Below, piece after piece: positions 33,675-43,208 of a stretch of 64,000 bases of DNA. Source of the stretch: an uncultured Candidatus Entotheonella sp. (GTDB lineage Bacteria > Tectomicrobia > Entotheonellia > Entotheonellales > Entotheonellaceae). Positions within the stretch are counted from its first letter, which is position 1; each line of letters begins with the position of its first letter. The notes under the pieces were generated by a model that saw only the letters and a program-made list of their open reading frames with translations, ran no database searches and was not told where the DNA came from. Position numbers and translations under genes: made by a program. The stretch lies in the NCBI GenBank assembly GCA_965215335.1, contig CBDCDA010000002.1, positions 352,001-416,000 of the forward strand. The letters run 5' to 3'.

Positions 33675-34769
33675 ATGCGCAGGGCCAAGATTCTAGCCAC
33701 GGGCATGTATGTGCCGGACGACGTGGTTACCAACGACCTCCTCGCTCAGGTCATGGATACCAGCGATGAATGGATCACCCAGCGCAGTGGTATCAAGGAG
33801 CGCCGGGTAATCCCCGATACGTACCGGATGCTGACGCAATTGGCCGCCGCTCCCGACAAGCCGACGTATCTGCAAACCCTGTACGACACCGGTATCGATG
33901 GCAGAATCGACGCGCAAATGTCCACCGCGGACCTCGCCTTCAACGCTACCCAGGTCGCCCTGCGGCAGGCCAACATGAAGCCGCAGGACCTCGACCTGAT
34001 CATCCAGACGAGTGTGCTGTCGGATTACGTCTTCCCCGGCAGCGCATGCGTCCTGGCCGACAAGCTGGACCTCACCTCGACGCCGACGTTCAGCCTCAAT
34101 CAGGGCTGTGCCGGGTTTGTCTATGCGCTGTCCATGGCGGATCAATACATCAGGACCGGCATGTATGACACGGTGCTCGTGCTGGGTGCCGAGGTCCTGT
34201 CGTCGCTTTTCGAGTACAGCGACCGTGGCCGCGACATGTCCGTGCTGTTTGCCGACGGCGCCGGGGCGGCGATCGTGGTGCCGGCCGAGGAAGACGAACC
34301 CAGCGGTCTACTGTCACACCACCTGCACACCGATGGCACGCTGCTCGACAAGCTGTACGCCGACACCTTCGGCAGTTCCACATTCCCGCCCGCGGCCAAG
34401 GCCCGCATCGATACCGACCGCGCTCGCCCGCGCATGGCGGGGCGGGCCGTATTTGCGCAGGCCGTGCGGCGCTTCCGGGAGGTCATCCGAGAATGCCTGG
34501 AAGCCAACAAGATGCAGATCGACGAGGTCGATCATTTCCTGTTTCACCAGGCCAACCAGCGTATCATTGACGCCATCGCCGACAGCCTCGGCATCCCCTC
34601 CGAAAAGGCCTACACCAACATCCGGAAATACGGCAACACCTCTGCCGCTTCGGTGCCGATTCTGCTCCACGAAACCCTGCAGGAGGGCCGCATTCAGCGC
34701 GGTGACCTGTGCCTGATGGCCGCTTTTGGAACCGGTTTCAACTGGGGTGCGTCGCTGCTGTATTGGTAG
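33675..34769 (+). CDS. fabH: 3-oxoacyl-ACP synthase III family protein
   Basis: Cys-His-Asn triad: QGCAGF, FHQAN, YGNTSAAS. Confidence 0.85.
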   Translation: MRRAKILATGMYVPDDVVTNDLLAQVMDTSDEWITQRSGIKERRVIPDTYRMLTQLAAAPDKPTYLQTLYDTGIDGRIDAQMSTADLAFNATQVALRQANMKPQDLDLIIQTSVLSDYVFPGSACVLADKLDLTSTPTFSLNQGCAGFVYALSMADQYIRTGMYDTVLVLGAEVLSSLFEYSDRGRDMSVLFADGAGAAIVVPAEEDEPSGLLSHHLHTDGTLLDKLYADTFGSSTFPPAAKARIDTDRARPRMAGRAVFAQAVRRFREVIRECLEANKMQIDEVDHFLFHQANQRIIDAIADSLGIPSEKAYTNIRKYGNTSAASVPILLHETLQEGRIQRGDLCLMAAFGTGFNWGASLLYW

Positions 34770-34865
34770 CCATACAGGGATTCGGGATGCGTAGACTGCG
34801 TTTACGGGTTATTCTCCGCACGCATCGCTGACAGTCGTGACTGCGCGTTCAGGGAGGACCCACCG

Positions 34866-37238
34866 ATGCCGACTGAGCACCCGACATATCCTGTACTGCC
34901 CCTCAAAAGCACCGTCCTGTTTCCTCACATCCTGCTGCCCGTAGCGGTCGGTCGGCCAATGTCGGTGGCCGCTGCCGAAGCCACCCTGGCCTCTGAGGAC
35001 AAGCGTCTGGTGGCCGCCGTGCAACGTGACCCGCAGACCCAGACGCCTGAACTCGCGGACCTGTATCCAACGGCGACCCTGGCGGTGGTGAAGCGCGTCA
35101 TCCAGCGTCACGAAAACGTTCTGCAACTCGTCCTGCAAGGCGTTGAGCGCGTCGAACTGCTGCACGACGTCGAATCTGATGTTTACATGCGCGCTGCCGT
35201 GCGTCCGCTGGCCGAGCCCGAGGACAACTCTGCTGAGGTGACCGCCCTGTTCCGCAACATCCAGGAACTGGTGCGCAAGGCGGTCCAGTTCCTGGAAACG
35301 ATCCCCGAGGACATGGCGAACCTGCTCATCAACACGGTGGAGCCCGTTAAGCTGGCCTACCTGATTGCCACCGTGCTCAACATCGACACCCGACAGGAAA
35401 TCGAATTGTTGATGACGGACAACCTGCGTCCTTTGCTGGAGCAGATCGCGGAGCACTTGTCGCGCGAGGTGCAGATCCTCAGTCTGCGCCGCAAGATCGC
35501 CGGCGAGACGCAAGTAGAGCTCGACAAGGCCCAGCGGGAGTATGTGTTGCGGCAGCAGCTCCGGCAGATCAAGAAGGAGCTTGGCGAGGATGAGGATCAG
35601 GACGACGTGGACGTGCTGCGCGAACGCCTGGCGGAAACGGAACTGCCGGACGAGGTGCGCAAGGAACTCGATCGTGAGGTGGCGCGGCTGCAGCGATTGA
35701 CACCGATGGCGCCGGACCACCAGTTGCTGCGCAGCTATCTCGAGTTCGCCCTGGAGTTGCCTTGGACCGCGGCGACGGTTGACCAGCTTGACTTGAAACG
35801 TGCCCAAAACATTTTGAACGAAGACCACTTCGGGCTGGATGACGTTAAGAATCGCATCATCGAGCACCTGGCCGTTATGCAGCTCAAGCCGGAAGCCTCC
35901 AGCCCAATCCTGTGCTTCGTAGGGCCGCCGGGTGTCGGCAAGACCAGTCTGGGGCACTCCATCGCGCGGGCGCTGGGGCGGCGCTTCGAGCGTTTTTCCC
36001 TCGGCGGCGTGCACGATGAGGCCGAACTGCGGGGGCACCGCCGCACCTACATCGGCTCGCTGCCCGGTCGCATCCTGCAGGCCATCCGGCGCTCGGAGGT
36101 GCGCAATCCGGTCCTGATGCTCGATGAAGTCGATAAGCTCGGGCGAGATTTTCGCGGCGACCCGGCGGCGGCTCTGCTGGAAATTCTCGACCCTGCCCAG
36201 AACCACACGTTCCGGGATCACTATCTCGACCTGCCGTTCGACCTGTCGAGCGTCTTTTTCATCTGTACGGCGAACACCCTCGAAACGATTCCCGCGCCGC
36301 TCATCGACCGTCTGGAGATCATGACCTTGGCGGGGTACAGCGCCGAGGAAAAATTGGAAATTGCCTGGCGCTATCTCCTGCCGCGGCAGGTGGAGCGGAA
36401 CGGTCTGTCGGCCGAGCAATTGCCGCTGAGCGAGGCGGCCCTGCGGACTATCATCAACCACTACACGCACGAGGCCGGGGTGCGTCAACTCGAGCGCATG
36501 GTTGGCCAGGTGGCGCGCAAAATTGCCCGCCAGGTAGCCATGCAGGAGACGTTGCGTGAGAGCCTGGAGGCGGACGACTTGGAGGATCTGCTGGGGCCGG
36601 AGACGCATCTGCTGGAGGAAGCGCGCCAAAACTTGGCGCCCGGCGTCGCCGCCGGCCTGGCGGTTACCCCGGCGGGAGGTGATGTGCTGTACATCGAGGC
36701 GCAACTGCTTCCGGGAGGCAAAGGGCTGGCGCTGACCGGGCAACTCGGTGAGGTGATGCGGGAATCGGCAGAGATCGCCCGCGACCTCCTGTGGTCCGCT
36801 GCCGGGCGTCTTGGTATTCAGGTCAAGAATTTTGAAAACAACGGCATGCACGTGCACGTGCCCGCCGGCGCCATCCCCAAGGATGGTCCCTCAGCGGGCA
36901 TCGCCGTAGCCGCCGCCCTGGCGTCGCTGCTGACCCATACACCGGTGCGTTCGGACACCGCCATGACCGGCGAAATCACCCTCGCCGGCTTGGTGCTGCC
37001 CGTCGGCGGGGTGAAGGAAAAGGTCCTGGCGGCGCGCCGTGCCGGCTTTCGGCGGATCATCCTGCCCAAGGCCAACGCCAAAGACCTGCGCCAGCTCCCC
37101 GAGGCGGTGCGCGACGAAATGGACTTCCTTCTGGCTGAGCAGTTCGACGACGTCATTCGCACCGCCATCCCCGACCTGGAACTGGCCGATCTCTCCAAGG
37201 ACCTGCCGGCGTGGATGCCGGAACAGGCAGGCGGGTGA
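34866..37238 (+). CDS. lon: endopeptidase La
   Basis: GPPGVGKTS, RGHRRTYIG, PKDGPSAG, VGGVKEK. Confidence 0.98.
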   Translation: MPTEHPTYPVLPLKSTVLFPHILLPVAVGRPMSVAAAEATLASEDKRLVAAVQRDPQTQTPELADLYPTATLAVVKRVIQRHENVLQLVLQGVERVELLHDVESDVYMRAAVRPLAEPEDNSAEVTALFRNIQELVRKAVQFLETIPEDMANLLINTVEPVKLAYLIATVLNIDTRQEIELLMTDNLRPLLEQIAEHLSREVQILSLRRKIAGETQVELDKAQREYVLRQQLRQIKKELGEDEDQDDVDVLRERLAETELPDEVRKELDREVARLQRLTPMAPDHQLLRSYLEFALELPWTAATVDQLDLKRAQNILNEDHFGLDDVKNRIIEHLAVMQLKPEASSPILCFVGPPGVGKTSLGHSIARALGRRFERFSLGGVHDEAELRGHRRTYIGSLPGRILQAIRRSEVRNPVLMLDEVDKLGRDFRGDPAAALLEILDPAQNHTFRDHYLDLPFDLSSVFFICTANTLETIPAPLIDRLEIMTLAGYSAEEKLEIAWRYLLPRQVERNGLSAEQLPLSEAALRTIINHYTHEAGVRQLERMVGQVARKIARQVAMQETLRESLEADDLEDLLGPETHLLEEARQNLAPGVAAGLAVTPAGGDVLYIEAQLLPGGKGLALTGQLGEVMRESAEIARDLLWSAAGRLGIQVKNFENNGMHVHVPAGAIPKDGPSAGIAVAAALASLLTHTPVRSDTAMTGEITLAGLVLPVGGVKEKVLAARRAGFRRIILPKANAKDLRQLPEAVRDEMDFLLAEQFDDVIRTAIPDLELADLSKDLPAWMPEQAGG

Positions 37239-37320
37239 CGGCTATCTGCTCGGAGAGGAGGAGTGTCACATGCTTCGGTATTGCAGGCCAAGGACCTCGC
37301 GGCTTCAAGGAGACATTGAG

Positions 37321-37450
37321 ATGGGGGAAACTGTTGTCAGCATCGGACTGGAAAACTTTGTGGACCGCAGTAATGTCAGGATCGGAACACGAGTTCAGTC
37401 TCCCCACAGACCCGCCAGTCCACGGCTGTATTGGCGCATCGTTGTCATTG
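37321..37450 (+). pseudogene. possible clan AA aspartic protease N-terminal remnant
   Basis: RBS AAGGAG then MGETVVSIGLENFVDR; DTG motif absent. Confidence 0.35.
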
Positions 37451-37453
37451 GAG

Positions 37454-39091
37454 TCAACGCCGTTTCACGATGTACCCTGCCGCTTCGCGGTCCCAGGTTG
37501 CCGGGGTGACGCCCGCCTCTCGCAGGACGTGCTTTCGCAACTTCTCCGTGGGTGTCTTGGGCATGTCGTTGACGAACTCCACGTAACGCGGCACCGCGAA
37601 GTAGGGCATGCGTTCCTGACAGTAGTCGAGCAATTTTTCCGGCCGGATCTGCATGCCGTGGCGCAGGAGCACACAGGCTTTGACCTCGTCCTCACCGCCG
37701 GCAATGCTGGACTTGACCGCCACGGCGGCAGACTCGGCGACCGCGGGATGGTCGTTCAAGACCTGCTCGATTTCATAAGATGAAATGTTTTCGCCCCGCC
37801 GACGAATGCAATCCTTCATCCGATCCACGAAGTAGAAATAGCCCTCCGCGTCGCGCGTCCCGGCGTCCCCGGTGTGGAACCAGAAATTGCGCCAAGCCTC
37901 CACGGTTTTTTCCGGCATGGCATGGTAGCCGGCCATGAACGCCCACGGTTCCTTGGGGCGCACGACCATCTCGCCCACCGTACCGGGCGGCAATTCCTCA
38001 TCCGTATCGGGGTCCACAATGGCCATCTCGAACCACTCGTCGAGCACCTTGCCGCACGAATTGGCCCGTAGCCCCTTGTCGTAGGGCATGTAGGTCGGGA
38101 TGTTTACCTCGGTCATGCCGTACACCTCCAGCAGTTTGGTGTTGAAGCGTTGCTGAAACGCCTCCCCCCATTCCGGGGCGATCGGCACGGCGACGACGAC
38201 GCGCAGGCGGTGGTCGCGGTCCTCGGCACGTGGTGGCTGCCGGTAGATGAACTCGGTCATCACGCCGAGGGTGTTGGTGACGGTGGCCCCGCAGCGGCGC
38301 ACGTCGTCGAGCCAGTGGCTGGCGCTGAAGGAGCGCGCCAAAACCAGCCTGCAGCCAACAATCAGAGCGCTGTACACCTGCATGAGCAGGGCGTTGGCGT
38401 GAAACAGCGGCATGCAACAGTAGTACACGTCGTCCGGGGTGAGGTGAATGGCCTTGATCTTGGCGTGCCCGTAGAGATAGAGGTGGGCGTGCGGCATCAG
38501 CACCCCTTTGGACGGGCCGGTGGTGCCGGAGGTGTACATGATGGCGCCAGTGTCGTGGTAGGCAACGGGCACGACCAAGGGGGTGGCCGGCGCGTCGAGC
38601 AGCGCATCGAAGGAAACCGCGCGAAGCCGCGAGAAGGCGGGCAGGTCGGTTCCCGAACCTTCGGCGTCCCTGACGACAACGGTTTCGAGATGCGGCAGGC
38701 GGTCTTCGCTGGCTTGCAGCACGGGTACGAATTCGCGGTCGATGATCATCACGCGGGCGCTGCCGTTGACCGCGACGTTGTTGATGACGTGTTCGAGGAA
38801 ACCGCCCTTGTACGCGGTGTTGACCGGCACCATGACGGCGCCCAGGCGGTTGATGCCGAACCAGGCGTCGAGGAAGGCGACGCTGTTGGGTATCATCAGC
38901 AAAACCCGCTCATCGCGTTGCACGCCCATGGTCGCCAAGGCGTTGGCCACCCGGTTGGCCCGCGCGTCCATGTCGCCAAAGGTATGGGGCGGGCCGTCCT
39001 GGAACTGCACGAACGGTTTGTCGTGCAAGGCCGCCCCTTGCTTGGCCAGAACCGTGCCCAGCACCCAACCGGTTTTGTCAACCGCCCCCAT
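37454..39091 (-). CDS. AMP-binding acyl-CoA ligase (CaiC-like)
   Basis: YTSGTTGPSKG, YGMTE, FHTGD, DRMKDCIRRRGENISS, PKTPTEK. Confidence 0.93.
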   Translation of the reverse strand: MGAVDKTGWVLGTVLAKQGAALHDKPFVQFQDGPPHTFGDMDARANRVANALATMGVQRDERVLLMIPNSVAFLDAWFGINRLGAVMVPVNTAYKGGFLEHVINNVAVNGSARVMIIDREFVPVLQASEDRLPHLETVVVRDAEGSGTDLPAFSRLRAVSFDALLDAPATPLVVPVAYHDTGAIMYTSGTTGPSKGVLMPHAHLYLYGHAKIKAIHLTPDDVYYCCMPLFHANALLMQVYSALIVGCRLVLARSFSASHWLDDVRRCGATVTNTLGVMTEFIYRQPPRAEDRDHRLRVVVAVPIAPEWGEAFQQRFNTKLLEVYGMTEVNIPTYMPYDKGLRANSCGKVLDEWFEMAIVDPDTDEELPPGTVGEMVVRPKEPWAFMAGYHAMPEKTVEAWRNFWFHTGDAGTRDAEGYFYFVDRMKDCIRRRGENISSYEIEQVLNDHPAVAESAAVAVKSSIAGGEDEVKACVLLRHGMQIRPEKLLDYCQERMPYFAVPRYVEFVNDMPKTPTEKLRKHVLREAGVTPATWDREAAGYIVKRR

Positions 39092-39182
39092 TCTTTTCCT
39101 CCTCCCCCGTTTCCTGCACACCGTCGTTCAGCGCAAGGCCAGTGGTGGCACCACGCGACTCGGCATGCCAATCCAGTATGTT

Positions 39183-39191
39183 TGCTATAAT
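39183..39191 (+). promoter_or_regulatory. extended -10 promoter upstream of hisC
   Basis: TGCTATAAT. Confidence 0.55.
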
Positions 39192-39283
39192 ACCGCGCCC
39201 TTAACAGCAAGAAAAATCAGGCTGCCGGTGCAAACGTGGACGGGTAGGGCACGTGGGCCGGTTTCATGGATGGGGACAGACAG

Positions 39284-40342
39284 ATGCGCATTGACTCGGT
39301 GCTCGGGCGGGTACGCGACTGCATTCGGACGATGCACGGGTACGTTCCGGGCAAGCAGCCCGTGGACGGGCAATACATCAAGCTGAACACCAACGAAAAT
39401 CCGTACCCGCCGTCACCCGCCGTGCTCGAGGCGCTGCGGCAGGCAGTCAACGGGGATTTGCGGTTTTACAGCGACCCGCTGGCCACACCGCTGCGTGAGC
39501 AGGCCGCCCGACACTACGGCTGCGCGCCAGACGAGATCATCGTCGGCAACGGTTCCGACGACGTGCTGACGATGATTTTCCGCACCTTCCTGGACGCCGG
39601 GGACATCCTCGTCACGCCGGCGCCGAGTTACTCGCTGTACCAGGTGCTCGGCGCCTTGCAGGGCGCCGACTACCGGGAAATCCCCATGGGTCCCGAGTAC
39701 ATCCTGCCAGACGGTCTCGACGCCTGCGGCGCCAAGCTGGTTTTCATCGTCAATCCCAACGCCCCCACCGGCGTGCTGCATCCGGCCGACGCGCTGCGCG
39801 ACTTCCTGACCCGCAGCGACAGCATGGTGGTGCTGGACGAAGCCTATGCCGATTTTGCCGGTGAGAGCGCCATCGACCTGTTACCCGAGTTTCCCAATCT
39901 GATCGTGGTGCGAACGTTTTCGAAATCCTACGCGCTGGCGGGCATGCGTCTGGGGCTGGGTTTCGCGCGGCGGGAGGTCATTGCGCAGATGATGAAGGTG
40001 AAGGATTCCTACAACCTCGACCGCTTGGCGATCGTGGCCGGTTGCGCGGCGCTACAGGACCAGGCGTGGTTGCATGAGACGACGGGCCGTATCATCCGTA
40101 CCCGCACGGGGGTTCTGGAGGCGTTGACGACCATGGGGCTGCACGTGCCGCCTTCACGGAGCAATTTCGTGTTTCCGCTCATCCCGGACGGGCGCGCCGC
40201 CGAGGTCTATCAAGCCCTCGAAGCGCGCCGCATCCTGGTGCGCTACTTCAACGCTCCGCTGGTCGCCGATTCCCTGCGCGTGACGGTGGGAACCGACGAC
40301 GACATGGCCGCGTTCGTCGAGGCGCTGAGCGCCCTGTTGTAG
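39284..40342 (+). CDS. hisC: histidinol-phosphate aminotransferase
   Basis: KLNTNENPYPPS, GNGSDD, DEAY, RTFSKSYALAGMRLG. Confidence 0.96.
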   Translation: MRIDSVLGRVRDCIRTMHGYVPGKQPVDGQYIKLNTNENPYPPSPAVLEALRQAVNGDLRFYSDPLATPLREQAARHYGCAPDEIIVGNGSDDVLTMIFRTFLDAGDILVTPAPSYSLYQVLGALQGADYREIPMGPEYILPDGLDACGAKLVFIVNPNAPTGVLHPADALRDFLTRSDSMVVLDEAYADFAGESAIDLLPEFPNLIVVRTFSKSYALAGMRLGLGFARREVIAQMMKVKDSYNLDRLAIVAGCAALQDQAWLHETTGRIIRTRTGVLEALTTMGLHVPPSRSNFVFPLIPDGRAAEVYQALEARRILVRYFNAPLVADSLRVTVGTDDDMAAFVEALSALL

Positions 40343-40419
40343 GAGGTCATGGGACACAAATCGTGATCGGTGGCGAGTGAATGATGCCCCGGTCACTCGG
40401 TCACGAAACCAACGCTCTT

Positions 40420-41796
40420 CTATCGGGGACTGGTGGCGGAAACAAAATCGCTGTACGCTGGCATGCCGTGCTCGCCTTGATCCAGCCCTTCCACTTCCTC
40501 TTCCTCCGACACCCGCAAACCGATTACGGATTTGATGATGCCGAAGAATACCAGGGAGGCGATCACGCAGACGACACCGTAGGCGACGACGCCAACGACC
40601 TGCGTGATAAATTGCCCGACACCAGCCTTGGCACCGAAGATGCCGACCGCGAGGGTGCCCCAGATGCCGCAGACGAGATGGACGGACACGGCGCCCACCG
40701 GGTCATCAACCCGCACACGGTCGAAAAAGACGACCGAGAAATACACGATCACACCGGCGATCAGGCCGATGAAGAAAGCCGAGTGCAGGCCCATGAGGTC
40801 GGCGCCGGCGGTGATGCCCACCAGGCCGGCCAGAATGCCGTTCAGGCCCATGGACAGGTCCGGTTTCCTGGAGAAAATCCAGGAGGTGTACATGGCGCCC
40901 AGGCCACCGGCGGCGGCGGCGATGCACGTCGTCATCAGGGTCAGCGAGGTGGCTGCCGGGTCGGCGCTCAGGACGGAACCGCCGTTGAACCCGAACCAGC
41001 CGAGCCACAACAGGAAAACGCCGATGGTGGCCAGCGGCATGTTGTGGCCGGGCAGGGCGCGAATCCTGTCACCCACATATTTGCCACGCCGGGCGCCCAG
41101 CAGGATGGCGCCGATGAGGGCCGCCCAGCCGCCGACACTGTGCACCAGCGTGGAACCGGCGAAGTCGTAGAAGCCCATCGCGTCCAGCCAGCCACCGCCC
41201 CATTTCCAGGAGCCGACCCAAGGGTAGATCAAGCTCACGTACAACACCGTGAAGATCATGAACGAACCCAGCTTGACGCGTTCGGCCACGGCGCCGGAAA
41301 CGATGGTGGCCGCAGTTGCCGCGAACATGGCCTGAAACAGGAAGTCCGTCCAATACGTGTAGCCCACGTTGTAAGCCTGCGTGACGCCCGCATCGTCGGT
41401 GTCCAGCCCGAATCCCGCGAACCCCAGAAAGCCGTTGAAGTCGCCCGGGTACATCAAGTTAAAGCCGATATAGGCATAGCTAATAACCCCGAAACAGACG
41501 ATGAACATGTTCTTGAACAAGATGTTGACGGTATTTTTCTGCTGCGTCAGCCCGCTTTCCAGCGTGGCAAAGCCCAAGTGCATGATGAAGACCAGGCCGG
41601 TGCAGAGCATCATCCACAGGTTGTTGGCAGTGAAGACGCCCACGGACACGGTGTTTTCAGCCGGCGCTGCCTGGGCGGCGACGGCTTCAGTGGCTTCCTG
41701 TGCGGATGCAGTGCCTTGGGCCAGCGCCGCTGCCGTCGCGAACGTGACGAGGAGCAGCAGGGTTGGAAGCCATTTCGGAGCGCGCAGGGTGTACAT
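40420..41796 (-). CDS. amtB: ammonium transporter
   Basis: FQAMFA, DFAGSTLVH, GWFGFNGGS, DDPVGAVSVH twin-His; signal peptide. Confidence 0.98.
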   Translation of the reverse strand: MYTLRAPKWLPTLLLLVTFATAAALAQGTASAQEATEAVAAQAAPAENTVSVGVFTANNLWMMLCTGLVFIMHLGFATLESGLTQQKNTVNILFKNMFIVCFGVISYAYIGFNLMYPGDFNGFLGFAGFGLDTDDAGVTQAYNVGYTYWTDFLFQAMFAATAATIVSGAVAERVKLGSFMIFTVLYVSLIYPWVGSWKWGGGWLDAMGFYDFAGSTLVHSVGGWAALIGAILLGARRGKYVGDRIRALPGHNMPLATIGVFLLWLGWFGFNGGSVLSADPAATSLTLMTTCIAAAAGGLGAMYTSWIFSRKPDLSMGLNGILAGLVGITAGADLMGLHSAFFIGLIAGVIVYFSVVFFDRVRVDDPVGAVSVHLVCGIWGTLAVGIFGAKAGVGQFITQVVGVVAYGVVCVIASLVFFGIIKSVIGLRVSEEEEVEGLDQGEHGMPAYSDFVSATSPR

Positions 41797-41867
41797 GATT
41801 ACCTCCTGTACAGGTGGATCGTGTCAGGTTGAGATTCCGTCCTCGGTGTTGGCTCCTTCGTCAGTAG

Positions 41868-41883
41868 AGCAAATCTTGTGCCA
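41868..41883 (-). promoter_or_regulatory. sigma54 (-24/-12) promoter of amtB
   Basis: minus strand TGGCAC-AAGAT-TTGCT, exact consensus. Confidence 0.9.
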
Positions 41884-41923
41884 GCCAGCACGCAGCCTGC
41901 ATGGGATCGCTAAAACAGCATGA

Positions 41924-41936
41924 AATCAATGGCTTA
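41924..41936 (+). promoter_or_regulatory. IHF binding site
   Basis: AATCAATGGCTTA matches WATCAANNNNTTR, 40 bp upstream of the sigma54 site. Confidence 0.75.
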
Positions 41937-41992
41937 TGTGCTTCTGTGTGTTGGATCGGGACGAGGCAAGGCTGGTCCGGCTGTTCATGGCC

Positions 41993-42022
41993 GACAACTT
42001 TGTCAGAAAAACAACATTGTTG
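41993..42022. promoter_or_regulatory. candidate enhancer (bEBP) sites
   Basis: palindromes GACAACTTTGTC (41993-42004) and CAACATTGTTG (42012-42022). Confidence 0.5.
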
Positions 42023-42169
42023 TGTCCAGGCACGACGACGTCGGCTTTTTGTCTCCAAAGGGGGGCGAGTCGTCGTCATCCTGCTCAAGGGCAAGGCGGA
42101 AGAACCGACGATTGCGGCGGTGGCACGGCTTGAGACCCGGGATAAGCAGGCACGTTATCGCCTGGGGGA

Positions 42170-42347
42170 GGGCATTACCGTGCGCCGCCCGTTCAGGCAG
42201 TCTTCGTGGACCCGTACCTTCAGGCCCTCGGCATCCAGGATGGTCTCCATCACCCCCGGCCAGCGCGCCTCGAACGGCCAGCTGCTTGCGCGTCAGCGGA
42301 ATGGTGCCCCACGAGAGTGAATCGGCGTAAACCAGAATGTCCTGCAC
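42170..42347 (-). pseudogene. SGNH/GDSL hydrolase remnant
   Basis: MQDILVYADSLSWG, then frameshift to ARWPGVME...EDCLNGRRTV; truncated. Confidence 0.75.
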
Positions 42348-42359
42348 ACGGTCCTCCTT

Positions 42360-43076
42360 TCAGAACCCGAACCACCCGTCCTGCGGCAACAGGTTTTGCC
42401 TGAAGGCGTCGTACAGCTTGACATCGCCTACCTCCTGGATGAAACTCGTCAGTTCCGGCACGAAGAAAAACAACAGGACGAGGGTGGCGGCGATAAGCGC
42501 GATGGAGGCCTTCAGATACGTGAAACTGACCGGTTTCAGCGCCGTGCCGAACGACTTCTTCAAGCGGACTCCCATCATGTCCACGCTGTACAGTTCATCG
42601 AGAAGTAAGTGAATCAAATAGCCGATCATGATGAAACCGCCTGAGAGCCACGCCAGAGCGCTGGGCAGCGCAAAGGCCTTGTGCAGCAACGTGGCGTTCA
42701 GAAAGCAGAAGAACACCGCCGCGAGCAGGGAGTGAAAGACACCGCGGTGCACGGTGAATCGTTTGAACAGCTCGAAGATGAGATAGCGCACGATGAGGAA
42801 TACGGCGACCCACAGAAGAAGCGCTTCGACTATCGAGTAGGCGCCGATTTTGCTGAAGACGCTGAAGAACGCCGCCAGGGTAGCCAGACAACTGAACAGG
42901 ATATTGACGGGAATGGAATGGTCGGAATCGATGTCGGGCAGGATGCCGCCGACCGTTCCCATGGTGAAGAGCAGCAGCGCATCTCTCGGCTCGGCGAGGC
43001 CCGTCTGCAAGCACCCTACCGCCAGGACGCCGCTGAGGGTTCCAGCCACCGACAGATGGGTTTTGAAGTCTGCCAT
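42360..43076 (-). CDS. membrane metal-dependent hydrolase (YdjM-like)
   Basis: MADFKTH, LPDIDS, HRGVFHS, HLLLDE. Confidence 0.88.
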   Translation of the reverse strand: MADFKTHLSVAGTLSGVLAVGCLQTGLAEPRDALLLFTMGTVGGILPDIDSDHSIPVNILFSCLATLAAFFSVFSKIGAYSIVEALLLWVAVFLIVRYLIFELFKRFTVHRGVFHSLLAAVFFCFLNATLLHKAFALPSALAWLSGGFIMIGYLIHLLLDELYSVDMMGVRLKKSFGTALKPVSFTYLKASIALIAATLVLLFFFVPELTSFIQEVGDVKLYDAFRQNLLPQDGWFGF

Positions 43077-43208
43077 TTGAGGTGATGTCCTTGAGTGTGG
43101 GCTGAAGCCGTGCTGAGGACGAGGGCCGCGGAAATGCGGCCCTCGTGGCGGCATTGTATACCGTGCAGTTTCAGGCGTGCAAACCGCGCCGCACCTTGGA
43201 GAAAACAG

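Noticed and set aside
29648..36857. Long antisense ORFs opposite gltB and lon (similarly opposite alaS, mod, tcuA, mfd)
   Set aside because: Expected antisense shadows of high-GC codon usage.
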